A DNA stretch of 60,187 nucleotides from Collinsella sp. (GCA_048484635.1 DBFWDM010000063.1:1-60187); one strand, 5' to 3'. Counted from the stretch's first letter, positions 1 through 10,182 are shown. Numbers and translations: made by a program. The notes: generated from the sequence alone by a model not told the origin.

Positions 1-300
1 AGACCGACGATGCTGGCAAGACCACCAGCGAGGCCGAGGAACTGACGACGAGAATAAGCCTGATCGAGCATGATCTTCCTTTCATACATGCGACTCGCGG
101 GCACCCCGCCCGCTTTGCTGTTTGGAAAGATACGGCCCCGATCGGGCGACGACCGCCTTATCTGCGGTTTCTTACGGGCTATTGATAGACCCTTACCGCA
201 AGCTCTGCCCAGCCTTTACAAACGGATAACAATCCAGCGCCGAACATGGCGCACCTTTTACACCAAAGGAACGTCCCCAATGACTACCCCACCGCAACAG

Positions 301-327
301 AAAAAGCCCGGGCCGAAGCACCGGGCT
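301..327 (-). terminator. Probable intrinsic terminator of the dipeptidase gene
   Basis: AGCCCGG/CCGGGCT hairpin; the A-run at 301-305 is a U-tract on the minus strand. Confidence 0.5.
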
Positions 328-357
328 CGTAATGCAAGTTTGTATCCAAGCAGGATA

Positions 358-463
358 TAGGGGTTTCCCAGGTGCCCGAGATTGCCCCGAAAGAGGAGCG
401 CCGCGTACTTTGGTACGCAAGCGACGGTTTGAGGGGCAAGGTCGGGTGCCTGGGGAAGCCCTA
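358..463. repeat. Long imperfect hairpin, variant of the dispersed structured element
   Basis: TAGGGGTTTCCCAGGTGCCCGA pairs with TCGGGTGCCTGGGGAAGCCCTA; shares GAAAGAGGAG and AGATTG/CAAGGT with the copy at 53522. Confidence 0.6.
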
Positions 464-1897
464 CAGCTCAAGTTCGTTGAGGCGCAGGATCGCCACGATA
501 TAAATCTTGAGCGCCTGTTTAAGCTGTTCCTCGTTGGCGCACTCGTTGGGGCCGTGCATCTGGCCGCCCCATGCGGGCAGCTCCAGGCCGGTCTCCTCGG
601 GGCCAAACGATACGGCGCGGGCAAAGTTGCGCGCGTACGTGCCGCCGCCCATGGCAAAGGGCTCAGCATGCTTGCCCGTAAACTCGTTATAGGTATCAAT
701 AAGCGCCTTCACGGCCGGATCGTCGGCAGACACCGAGAACGGCACCTTAGCGCGACCCAGCTGACACGTCACGCCAAAACGGCCCACGAGCGGGTCGAGC
801 TGCTCGCGGATGGTATCGGCACTCGTGCTGTCGGGGAAGCGCACGTCGATGACCTGCTCAATATGGCCATCCGCCACGCGGATGACGCCAGCGTTGCAGG
901 TAAGCGGGCCAAACGCCGGACTCGTCGCATCGATACCCAGGCCGCGGCCATAGGCATCCGCATGCACAAAGGCCAGGAACTTGACGAACTCGTGCTCGGC
1001 AGGCGTCAGCAGGCGTTCGTCGCGTGCACCAAACGCGTCCTCGGCCTCGCGCAGATACGCCACGATCAGGCCGACGGCGTTAATCGTTCCCTCGGGCATC
1101 GAGGCATGACCGCCAATGCCATGGGCAAAAATCTGCGCGTGCCCGTTATCGAGCGCCGTAATCTCCAAGCGGTCGGCGTTCTCGACCGGCGCCGGCAGCT
1201 CATCAGCGGCAATCGCGAGCTCGCAGATGGACTGCGACGGAATGGCGTTGCTCGCCTCGGCACCGCTCCAGGACACAATGCGCCCGCCGTCGATCTTGGG
1301 GCTCACAAACGTCGCCCCAAACTGGCCCTTCTCGGCATTGCAGACCGGGAACTCGGCATCGGGCGTAAACAAAAAGTCGGGGTCTGCGTGGTTCTCCAGA
1401 TAATGGTGAACGTCGGACATGCCCACTTCCTCATCGCAGCCCAGCAGCGCGCGGAAGGTATAGCGCGGCACAATGCCGTGCTTGAGCAGGTAGGCACCGG
1501 CGTAGAGCGACAGCACCGCCGGACCCTTGTCATCAATCACGCCACGGCCGAGCAGCCAGCCCTCGCGACGCTCCATCGCGAACGGATCGGTGTTCCAGCC
1601 GGGGCCGGCGGGCACCACGTCCACGTGGCAGATGGTCGCGAGCTGCTTGTCGCCGCGACCCGGGATATCGGCAATGCCCACATAGCCCTCGTCGTCGCCC
1701 GTCTGGTAGCCGAGCTTTTGCGCAATGCCGAGCGCGCAATCGAGCGCATCACGGACCGGTCGGCCAAACGGCGCACCGGGCTCTGCATTGGCAGCAACGG
1801 CCACGGACGGATAGCTCACCAGTTGTTCGATATCGGCGACGACATCTTCCCAGACCTCGTCGACATACTCGGTAACGCTCTGCTCCACCTGATTCAT
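461..1897 (-). CDS. M20 family dipeptidase (PepV/Sapep-like)
   Basis: HVDVVP, GRGVIDDKG, DEE, GGHAS, GGGTYAR and HGPNE motifs; GAGGAGG RBS before ATG 1897. Confidence 0.9.
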   Translation of the reverse strand: MNQVEQSVTEYVDEVWEDVVADIEQLVSYPSVAVAANAEPGAPFGRPVRDALDCALGIAQKLGYQTGDDEGYVGIADIPGRGDKQLATICHVDVVPAGPGWNTDPFAMERREGWLLGRGVIDDKGPAVLSLYAGAYLLKHGIVPRYTFRALLGCDEEVGMSDVHHYLENHADPDFLFTPDAEFPVCNAEKGQFGATFVSPKIDGGRIVSWSGAEASNAIPSQSICELAIAADELPAPVENADRLEITALDNGHAQIFAHGIGGHASMPEGTINAVGLIVAYLREAEDAFGARDERLLTPAEHEFVKFLAFVHADAYGRGLGIDATSPAFGPLTCNAGVIRVADGHIEQVIDVRFPDSTSADTIREQLDPLVGRFGVTCQLGRAKVPFSVSADDPAVKALIDTYNEFTGKHAEPFAMGGGTYARNFARAVSFGPEETGLELPAWGGQMHGPNECANEEQLKQALKIYIVAILRLNELEL

Positions 1898-1952
1898 GGA
1901 CGACCTCCTCACCAATGAGTGACGGGTACGCCCGCCCCTCACATTACGTCTA

Positions 1953-2615
1953 TTAGATAGCGAAAAGTTTAGCAAGCTCGGCCACCGAGTGCACCACTGC
2001 ATCGGCACCCGCCGCCTCGTGCTCGCCCGACGCCGCCGCGCCCGAATAGATACCAATGCACGGCACGCTCATCGCGTGCGCGCCCTCGACGTCGTTAAAG
2101 CGATCGCCGATCATCACGGCATCGCCCGCCGTCGCACCGAGCTCTGCCAGGGCATCGCGGACCGAATCGGCCTTGGTCTCGCGCCCCTGCGGCGGATTCA
2201 TGCCAACCACCGCCTCAAACTGAGAAAGTCCCAGCTCTCCCACCATGTCGATACACTTTGCCTCCATGCGTGACGTCGCCACGGCCATACGCTTGCCTTG
2301 GGCGACCAACCCATCCAGCAGCTCGGGGATCCCGTCAAACACGGGATACTCCTCCGGTCCCAGTTCATCAAAAAAGGCACGGTACTCGTCGGCCACCACA
2401 AGCGACTCCTCGCGCGAGAAGCCATAAAAGTCGTGAAAGCTCTTCCACAGGGGCGGCCCGATCATGCGGCGCAGGTCACCCATCTGCGCCTCCGAAAACC
2501 CGCGCGCGGCCAACGTCTTGCGCGTCGAGGTCATCACCGCCCGGCCCGTATCGGCCACCGTGCCGTCAAAATCGAACAGCACAACCGGCCGCTCGCATAG
2601 CTGTAATGCCGCCAT
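1953..2615 (-). CDS. HAD-family hydrolase (phosphoglycolate phosphatase-like)
   Basis: DFDGT motif I, ATS motif II, MIGDRFND motif IV; GAGGAG RBS. Confidence 0.88.
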   Translation of the reverse strand: MAALQLCERPVVLFDFDGTVADTGRAVMTSTRKTLAARGFSEAQMGDLRRMIGPPLWKSFHDFYGFSREESLVVADEYRAFFDELGPEEYPVFDGIPELLDGLVAQGKRMAVATSRMEAKCIDMVGELGLSQFEAVVGMNPPQGRETKADSVRDALAELGATAGDAVMIGDRFNDVEGAHAMSVPCIGIYSGAAASGEHEAAGADAVVHSVAELAKLFAI

Positions 2616-2771
2616 CGGCACTCCTCTTCCCCAGTTGATGATTTCCACACCGACACTTCAAACTGTTGACTATTCAACAATTGAACCTAGCAATGTAGAG
2701 CAACTCCACTATACTTGTCGCACTTTGCTCTCAGAAGGCGGCGCGAAAGCGCCCCAACGAAAGGTGCAATT

Positions 2772-3632
2772 ATGTCTTTTGCCATCATAACCGACTCCAC
2801 GTCGGACATCTCCCCCGCCCGCGCTCAAGAGCTCGGCATTTACGTGATTCCACTGCATGTGATTATCGAGGGCGAGGACCTGCTCGACCAGGTACAGATT
2901 ACCGCCCAGGAGTACGTCGCGCGCATGGCCGGCTCCGAGCAACTGCCGCACACCTCGCAGCCGAGCGCCGGCGAGTTCAAGGCACTCTTTGACCGCGTGC
3001 TCGCCGACGGCCATGATAGCGCCATCTTTATCTCACTGTGCAGCGAGTGGTCCGCCTGCTATGCCAACGCCAGCCTGACGGCCGAAACGCACGAACTCGA
3101 CGTGCGCTGCATCGACTCGCGCACCGGCTCGGGTGCCGAGGGCCTGCTGGTGGAGTACGCGCTGGCCATGCGCGAGGACGGCCGCAGCCTGGACGAGACC
3201 GAGGCGCAGATCCGCGCGACGCTGCCCGACGCCCACCTGTTGCTGATTCCCCGCACGCTCGAGAACCTCGTTAAGAACGGCCGCACGCCCAAGCTCGCCG
3301 GCCAGCTCACGCAGATGCTCAACATTCGCCTGGCCGTTTCGCCGGAGTGGAAATCGGGCGAGATCAAGGCCATCAAAAAGGGCCGCGGCGCCAAGCGCAT
3401 CGTCGCCAACACCATGGCAGACTGCCTCGCGTTTTTGGCCGAGCATCCGGGCTCCAGCGTGCGCGTGCTCACGACCGGCGCCGCCGAGGAGCAGGAGCTC
3501 GTCAGCCAAGCACTCGCAGGCCAAGACTATGTAGACGCCGGCACCGGCCCCATCGGCTGCACCATCGCCACCCATGTAGGCGTCGATGCCATCGCCATCA
3601 GCTACTGCCCCCGCTACCAGCCAACTCACTAG
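2772..3632 (+). CDS. DegV family fatty-acid-binding protein
   Basis: IITDSTSD, TSQPS, DSR, L-x-KNGR and THVG motifs. Confidence 0.9.
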   Translation: MSFAIITDSTSDISPARAQELGIYVIPLHVIIEGEDLLDQVQITAQEYVARMAGSEQLPHTSQPSAGEFKALFDRVLADGHDSAIFISLCSEWSACYANASLTAETHELDVRCIDSRTGSGAEGLLVEYALAMREDGRSLDETEAQIRATLPDAHLLLIPRTLENLVKNGRTPKLAGQLTQMLNIRLAVSPEWKSGEIKAIKKGRGAKRIVANTMADCLAFLAEHPGSSVRVLTTGAAEEQELVSQALAGQDYVDAGTGPIGCTIATHVGVDAIAISYCPRYQPTH

Positions 3633-3645
3633 GGACGCCCACATC

Positions 3646-3712
3646 AGTTGCGGTGGAATAGGGACTGTTTTTGGCTTATCAGCCGCAAATCAATCCCTAT
3701 TCCACCGCAACT
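3646..3712. repeat. Perfect 19-bp inverted repeat (REP-like or bidirectional terminator)
   Basis: AGTTGCGGTGGAATAGGGA (3646-3664) and its reverse complement (3694-3712); partial copy CAGTTGCGGTG at 9803. Confidence 0.8.
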
Positions 3713-3725
3713 TGGAAATCGGCGA

Positions 3726-4034
3726 TCAGCCCAGCGGACCCTGAAACAGCTCCTGATGAGTGCCCATTCTCACCAGCCTAATCACTGGGTTAGTCTTATG
3801 GGGAAGATAAAGAACGACCACATCGACCAAGCCATCGGATAGGTGGAAATCGATGTGGCCGTTGTAGTTTCCGCCCGGGTTTGAGAGCTCGTGGGCGCCA
3901 TACTCCGCCGGAAGTGACCCATGGGCCACAAGCTCTGCAACCGCCGCTTTAAACTCACTTTTTAGCTGCGGATGCATGCGCATCGTTCGTTTGTAGTCCA
4001 CCTTAAATTGAGCCTCGACTTTAATCTCGAACAT
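3726..4034 (-). CDS. Type II TA toxin, YafQ/RelE family mRNA interferase
   Basis: 102 aa; F-K-x-D-Y-K, H-x-L, D-F-H and C-terminal LVRMGTHQELF; directly downstream of the antitoxin. Confidence 0.85.
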   Translation of the reverse strand: MFEIKVEAQFKVDYKRTMRMHPQLKSEFKAAVAELVAHGSLPAEYGAHELSNPGGNYNGHIDFHLSDGLVDVVVLYLPHKTNPVIRLVRMGTHQELFQGPLG

Positions 4035-4036
4035 CG

Positions 4037-4336
4037 CTATTCCTCATCGAGGAATGACATAAGCTCATCAGCGTTATTGAATGACAGGCTATCGTCCGGC
4101 AAAATCCCCAACTCATGAGCCTCGGCAATCACCATGGCGCGTCTCGTCGCCTCGTTGGGCACCTCCGCCCTTCCTACAATCTCAAAAGGAATCTTTCGCT
4201 GATTTACCAGCTGCCGAACGGCAAGATTGAGATAGGAATTGAGGCTGAGGCCGACCGAATCCAAGAACTCAGTCGCCTGCTCCTTGAGCCCCTCTTCGAT
4301 TCGAACCGTCGTAGGCTTAACTGTTGCTGTAGACAT
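4037..4336 (-). CDS. Type II TA antitoxin, RelB/DinJ family
   Basis: TTVRIEEGLKEQA RHH segment, GLSL, IPFEI, PNEAT; GAGGAGG RBS. Confidence 0.88.
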   Translation of the reverse strand: MSTATVKPTTVRIEEGLKEQATEFLDSVGLSLNSYLNLAVRQLVNQRKIPFEIVGRAEVPNEATRRAMVIAEAHELGILPDDSLSFNNADELMSFLDEE

Positions 4337-4383
4337 TTGCGACCTCCTCGCCCTCGTCTTTTACACAAGTATACCCAATATAA

Positions 4384-4419
4384 ATGGCAATCTGATGTTA
4401 AATAACATCAGATTGCCAT
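4384..4419. promoter_or_regulatory. Perfect 17-bp inverted repeat upstream of the TA operon (probable operator)
   Basis: ATGGCAATCTGATGTTA-AA-TAACATCAGATTGCCAT next to a minus-strand TATACT -10-like hexamer. Confidence 0.55.
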
Positions 4420-4448
4420 GCGTATTCATGTCGCGTGGCACGATTGAT

Positions 4449-5207
4449 CTACATCAGCCCGCTCAGGGCGATGTCGACGGCCTCATTGATGTCGTCGGTG
4501 ATGTGTACGAGCTCGGGATCGAGCGGGCTGATCATACCGGCGTCCATCACCGGACCGTTAAGCCAGTCGAATAGGCCCTGCCAGTACTCGCTGCCTACCA
4601 GCACAAGCGGCATGCGCTTGACCTTGTGCGTTTGCACCAGCGTGAGCACCTCAAACATCTCGTCGAGCGTGCCAAACCCGCCGGGAAACACAATAGCGCC
4701 CGAGCTGTATTTGACGAACATGGTCTTGCGCACAAAGAAGTAGCGGAAGTCCATACCGAGGTTCACGTATTTGTTGAGCCCCTGCTCGTGCGGCAATTCA
4801 ATGCCCAGGCCAACTGACTTACCATTGACGCTCGCCGCTCCCTTGTTGGCCGCTTCCATGATGCCGGGGCCGCCACCGGTAATAACCGCCACGCCGCGCT
4901 GGGCAATCTTGCGACCGACCGTGCGCGCCGCCTTGTAGAGCGGATCGGTCTTGGGCGTGCGGGCGCTACCAAAGATGGTCACCGCAGGCCCGAGCTCGGC
5001 AAGTGCGCCAAAACCATCGACGAACTCGGCCTGGATGCGCAGTACGCGCCACGGATCGGCATGCAGCCAGTCGGTCGACTCCTCGGGCGCCAGCAGGTTG
5101 GCGTAGGTGTTGTCCTTAGGAATCATGGGGCCGCGCATGACCACGGGGCCGCGGCGGTACGTCTCGTCGTAGGCAGGCTCGCCCTCGACGTTCTCATTCT
5201 TAATCAT
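4449..5207 (-). CDS. LOG family (TIGR00730) Rossmann-fold phosphoribohydrolase
   Basis: FGSAR, TGGGPGIMEA, YFFVRK and PGGFGTLDE motifs. Confidence 0.92.
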   Translation of the reverse strand: MIKNENVEGEPAYDETYRRGPVVMRGPMIPKDNTYANLLAPEESTDWLHADPWRVLRIQAEFVDGFGALAELGPAVTIFGSARTPKTDPLYKAARTVGRKIAQRGVAVITGGGPGIMEAANKGAASVNGKSVGLGIELPHEQGLNKYVNLGMDFRYFFVRKTMFVKYSSGAIVFPGGFGTLDEMFEVLTLVQTHKVKRMPLVLVGSEYWQGLFDWLNGPVMDAGMISPLDPELVHITDDINEAVDIALSGLM

Positions 5208-5340
5208 GGGTACTCCTATCGAAAATAGAAACGGGCGGGGTCGACGCCATGCGCCAAACACCCGCCCGAACATCAACTATTCGGTATGGTACCCACGATG
5301 CATCAAGTGCTTGCAAGCTATCGGTCAGCGGTCGTAGCTC

Positions 5341-6480
<1,140 letters not shown>

Positions 6481-6588
6481 AAACTGGAACTCCTTGGTTG
6501 CGGTTCATACGCAAACCATTATACGGGCAACCCGCAAGAAGCACCGACTCGACAGAAACTAGTGTATTAGGATCAGGTTCCCAAGCCG

Positions 6589-6722
6589 GTCGTTGGGGAC
6601 AGTCTTCAGCGCCATCTTGCAAAGGAATGTCCCAATCTGCCGGCACTTAGGAACTGTCCCCAAGTACCGGCAAGAGCGTCCCTTTCGACTAGTCATTTAA
6701 GAACGTCCCTAACGACTACATC
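6589..6722. repeat. Cluster of GAACGTCCCCAATGACTAC-like short repeats
   Basis: Degenerate units at 6589, 6621, 6649, 6672 and 6699 match copies at 268-287 and 9851-9907. Confidence 0.7.
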
Positions 6723-6750
6723 TGGGATCATTTCCAACAGCCAAGGCAAC

Positions 6751-6916
6751 GCCGATGTTTTGGCACCGCCAGCGAGCGGTCGCCAGAGCGAACAAATTGG
6801 CATGAAAAGAGGACGGCATAGACCTTCTGGTCATGCCGTCCTCTTTGAATGACAAGTTGTCGCTCTGGTGACCGCGCAGCGTCGAGCCGTTACGCGGTTT
6901 GGTAAAACCGCGTAAC
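6751..6916 (+). repeat. Dispersed structured palindromic element, copy A
   Basis: AGCGAGC...GACCTTCTGGTC...GCGCAGCGTCG core plus terminal hairpin; homologous to 9926-10182 and 53522-53630. Confidence 0.8.
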
Positions 6917-6918
6917 CC

Positions 6919-7719
6919 CTAAGGCCGCTGGCCCATGCCACCCTCGAGGGTGACGGTCTCGCCGTTCATGTACTTAAAGTCGGGGCCGCAGAGCTGAACG
7001 ACCACGCGGCCGATTTCCTTCTCGACGTCGCCGTAGTGACCAGCCGGCGGCATGTGGACGTTGGCCTTGAACGCCTCGGGATAGGCATCCTGGAAGTTCT
7101 CGAGCGCAGCGGTCCAAGCAAGCGGGCAAACGATATTGACGTTGATGCCGTCCTTGCCCCACTCGTTGGCGGCAACGCGGGTCAGGCCGCGGATGCCCTC
7201 CTTGGCGGCAGCATAGCTGCACTGGCCATAGTTGCCAAACAGGCCGGCGCCCGAGGCGAAGTTGACCACGGAGCCCTTGGTCTCCTTCAGGTGCGGATAG
7301 GCCTTCTGCATGTACAGATAGGTAGCATACAGACCGGAGTAAATGGCCAGGTTAAACTGATCCATGGTGTGATCGGCGATGGTCACACCCGAGGCGCTGG
7401 CCTGAGCATTGTTGACGACGGCGTCGATGCGGCCGAACTCCTCAATGGCCTTGTCGATGACGTTCTGGACAACGGCCTCGTTATCCTGGCCAGCCGAGAC
7501 ATCGGCCTGAACAGGCAGAACCTTGACACCGTACTCGGCCTCGAGAGACTCCTTGGCGGCCTCGAGCTTGGCGACGTTGCGGCCGGTGATGACGAGGTTC
7601 GCGCCCTCCTTGGCAAATGCGATATCGATGCCGTAGCCGATGGAGCCAGCGGAACCGTCCTTAAGCGTGGCCTTGCCGCCGCCGGTGACGATCACGGTCT
7701 TACCAGTGAAAAGTCCCAT
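6919..7719 (-). CDS. SDR oxidoreductase, probable NADP-dependent 12alpha-hydroxysteroid dehydrogenase
   Basis: TGGG-KATLKDGSAG-SIGYG extended glycine loop, NNAQAS, YAAAK and C-terminal TLEGGMG-x-RP; recalled as very similar to gut clostridial 12alpha-HSDHs. Confidence 0.78.
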   Translation of the reverse strand: MGLFTGKTVIVTGGGKATLKDGSAGSIGYGIDIAFAKEGANLVITGRNVAKLEAAKESLEAEYGVKVLPVQADVSAGQDNEAVVQNVIDKAIEEFGRIDAVVNNAQASASGVTIADHTMDQFNLAIYSGLYATYLYMQKAYPHLKETKGSVVNFASGAGLFGNYGQCSYAAAKEGIRGLTRVAANEWGKDGINVNIVCPLAWTAALENFQDAYPEAFKANVHMPPAGHYGDVEKEIGRVVVQLCGPDFKYMNGETVTLEGGMGQRP

Positions 7720-8007
7720 ACAAAGTCCTTTCAAATCGCGACGGGCACGCCCGCCGACTGCGCGTATCCAACTTCACGCGCCAAAAGCTGAGATGCAACT
7801 TTAGCGTGTTCAAGCGAAAATAAAAGACCGCGGTAGGCGAACGGCACCACGTCGTTCGGCGAAGGGATTGTCAAGTACAAACTGGATAAAACGGCCGAGT
7901 TATTGTTATCAAATCGAGCCATCGAACACGTTTTGAAACTTTGCTGCGGCGCGTGGGATGTCGGCGCGAAACTTTATCATAGGGTGACAAACAACGATGA
8001 GGAGCAC

Positions 8008-9777
8008 ATGCCTATGACAGACGAGCTGGACCCCCAGACTCAACAGCATATTGATGATTCCGCAGACGTCATCGCAGATACTGACGTTGTAACCTGCGAT
8101 GGTATCGACATCGACGACCCCATCTTGGACGAAAGCGCTACGGCGGAAACCCCTGCCGCAGAAAACGCCGATGAGCAAAACGACGATGCGCCCGCTCAGG
8201 ACGACGCCCCTGTACAGGACGACGTCCCGCAAGCAGCGGGCCCCATCGAGGTCTCTTCGGAAGAAGAGCTCGACGCCGTCATGGACTCCATGATGGATGC
8301 CGTCAAAGCGATGAAAGACGCCGTGGCCGACGCTGACGTTGACGCCGAGGAAGAGGAGGCTGCCGAGGCGGCCTCGACCTTTGTACCCGGCGAGACTCCG
8401 GTTGCCGACCAGGGCAGCACCATGCCCTCGTTTCTGCAGCTCGAGCACCCCACGATTGGCGCCGATGCGGTCGACCCGCACGCAGCAGGCTTTTCTGTGG
8501 TCGAGGGCGGCACCGGCAACATCTCCGTGCCGCAGGCTGCCGATGCGGATGCTGCTGACACCGCTCGCCCGACCGCCTCGCACTCCCCTGCCGCGAACCG
8601 CGATCTGGGGACCGCTGTCTCGAACACCGCGAACGCCGTGGGCACCTTTATTGCCCAGGGCGCCTCGGCCATGCGCGAGATGAACGCCGCGAAAAAGGCA
8701 CTTGCCGATGCCCGCGCCCACCTGGCCGAACTTGAGCAGCGCATTGCCGATCAGGCCGAGGAACTCGAGACGCGCCAGGATATCGCAGGCCGCTACGACC
8801 AGATCGTCGCCGACCAGCGCCAGGCGATTGCCACGGCCCAAAAGACTGCAGCGGCCGCCGAGATTGACCGTGATGCCCACGCCGCCAAAGCGACAGAGCT
8901 CAAGGGTCAGTTCGAACAAATGAAGACAGAGGATGACGCGACTGAGCTCCGCCTGAAGGCCGCGCTCGACGCCGTGGAGGCCCGCGAGGCGAGCTCTCGC
9001 GAGACCGGCAACCGCCTCGTTCGACGTCTTGAGGATTCCAAGCGTATCCGCGACAAGGTGAAGGCCGAGCGAGACGCCGGCATTGCGGCCGCACAACAAA
9101 CCGTCGACGCCACGCGCGCCCAGCTCGAGACGCTGCGTCATGAGTATGCCGAACTGCAACGCAATCCCTCGGCAAATCCCGCCAACTATACGGTGCGCAC
9201 CAGCGAGCTCTCGATGCAGATCTCCGACACGGCAGATGCCCTGCGTAAAGCCGAAGAAGATGTCCCGCGCATCACCGCCGACCTTGAGCACTCGCTTGCC
9301 GCAGCCGAGCAGGCCGTCGAGCAGGCGCAAGCCCCCATCGCCGACGCCAAGCGAGCCCATCAGGCCGTGACGGCAGAGGCCGATGCCGCGCGCGACGAGC
9401 TGCAGACCGCAAAAACCGCCGCTGCAACGCGCCAGCGCGAACTGCGCGAGAAGATCGCCGCCGAGGACAAGGCACGCCGCGACCAAGAGCAGAGCATCGC
9501 CAACGCCCAAGCAGATGCCGCGCATGCGCAGTCGATTATCGAACAGGCGACCGAGGTACACGACCACCCAGAGATCACTGAGTCGCTTGCAGGGTCCTTG
9601 GCCCGAGACAAAGCCGAACACGCCGAGACCGAGCGAGAAGTCGCCCAGCTCGAGGCCACCGAGGACGCGGTGCGCGAGCGTACCCGCGACTCACGCATCA
9701 AATTCACCGGCGCCATCGTCTGCGTCGTCGCCGCAATCCTGGTGATCATCGCAATCTGGCTGTTCGCGAGCAAGTAA
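8008..9777 (+). CDS. Hypothetical protein: acidic disordered N-terminus, long coiled coil, C-terminal TM helix
   Basis: GAGGAG RBS; A/E/Q/R-rich helical middle; hydrophobic C-terminus AIVCVVAAILVIIAIWLF. Confidence 0.8.
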   Translation: MPMTDELDPQTQQHIDDSADVIADTDVVTCDGIDIDDPILDESATAETPAAENADEQNDDAPAQDDAPVQDDVPQAAGPIEVSSEEELDAVMDSMMDAVKAMKDAVADADVDAEEEEAAEAASTFVPGETPVADQGSTMPSFLQLEHPTIGADAVDPHAAGFSVVEGGTGNISVPQAADADAADTARPTASHSPAANRDLGTAVSNTANAVGTFIAQGASAMREMNAAKKALADARAHLAELEQRIADQAEELETRQDIAGRYDQIVADQRQAIATAQKTAAAAEIDRDAHAAKATELKGQFEQMKTEDDATELRLKAALDAVEAREASSRETGNRLVRRLEDSKRIRDKVKAERDAGIAAAQQTVDATRAQLETLRHEYAELQRNPSANPANYTVRTSELSMQISDTADALRKAEEDVPRITADLEHSLAAAEQAVEQAQAPIADAKRAHQAVTAEADAARDELQTAKTAAATRQRELREKIAAEDKARRDQEQSIANAQADAAHAQSIIEQATEVHDHPEITESLAGSLARDKAEHAETEREVAQLEATEDAVRERTRDSRIKFTGAIVCVVAAILVIIAIWLFASK

Positions 9778-9850
9778 ACCAGCCGCCAAAAAACGCCCAA
9801 CGCAGTTGCGGTGAGATAGTTCCTGTTTAGCCCTCAAAAAGCCAATTCAA

Positions 9851-9906
9851 TAGTCATTGGGGACGTTCTTAAACGACTAGTCGAACAAGAACGTCCCCAA
9901 TGACTA
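9851..9906. repeat. Perfect 20-bp inverted repeat of the GAACGTCCCCAATGACTA family
   Basis: TAGTCATTGGGGACGTTCTT (9851-9870) / AAGAACGTCCCCAATGACTA (9887-9906) with central palindrome CGACTAGTCG. Confidence 0.85.
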
Positions 9907-9925
9907 CATCGACAACCAAAGAAAT

Positions 9926-10182
9926 GCCGATGTTATGGCAGAGTCAGCGAGCGGGTCGCATTTGAGACAAGGTGACGTGAAACGAAAGGGCGCTGACCTT
10001 CTGGTCGCGCCCTTGAAGTTGAACGCCAGATTGTCCAAATGCGGCCCGCGCAGCGTCGCCCGGTCCGCCGTTCGGCAGAACGGCGGAACCTTCCTGGTCA
10101 TGTCGCCGAAGTTGAAAGGCAGATTGCCGCTCTGGCGGGTTTGCAGCGTCGGCCGGTTACGGCGTTTGGAAAACGCCGTAAC
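9926..10182 (+). repeat. Dispersed structured palindromic element, copy B plus tandem half copy
   Basis: Full unit 9926-10090, then a right half at about 10094-10182; 28 nt (10112-10139) identical to 53594-53621. Confidence 0.8.

Noticed and set aside
1..73. Possible 3' end of an upstream plus-strand gene
   Set aside because: Too short, and the reading frame is ambiguous.
332..1918. Long antisense ORFs (also 7909-9621, 10039-11478, 18670-20982, 28862-30976, 31001-33055, 49481-50911, 54155-55855)
   Set aside because: Shadow frames opposite well-supported genes, expected at high GC; no recognisable motifs.
6589..6722. Short repeated units resembling a mini CRISPR array
   Set aside because: Units are degenerate, in both orientations and irregularly spaced, with no cas genes; they fit a REP-like family.
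6919..7719. Calling the SDR the known Collinsella 7beta-HSDH
   Set aside because: The sequence does not resemble my recollection of that enzyme; it fits the 12alpha type.
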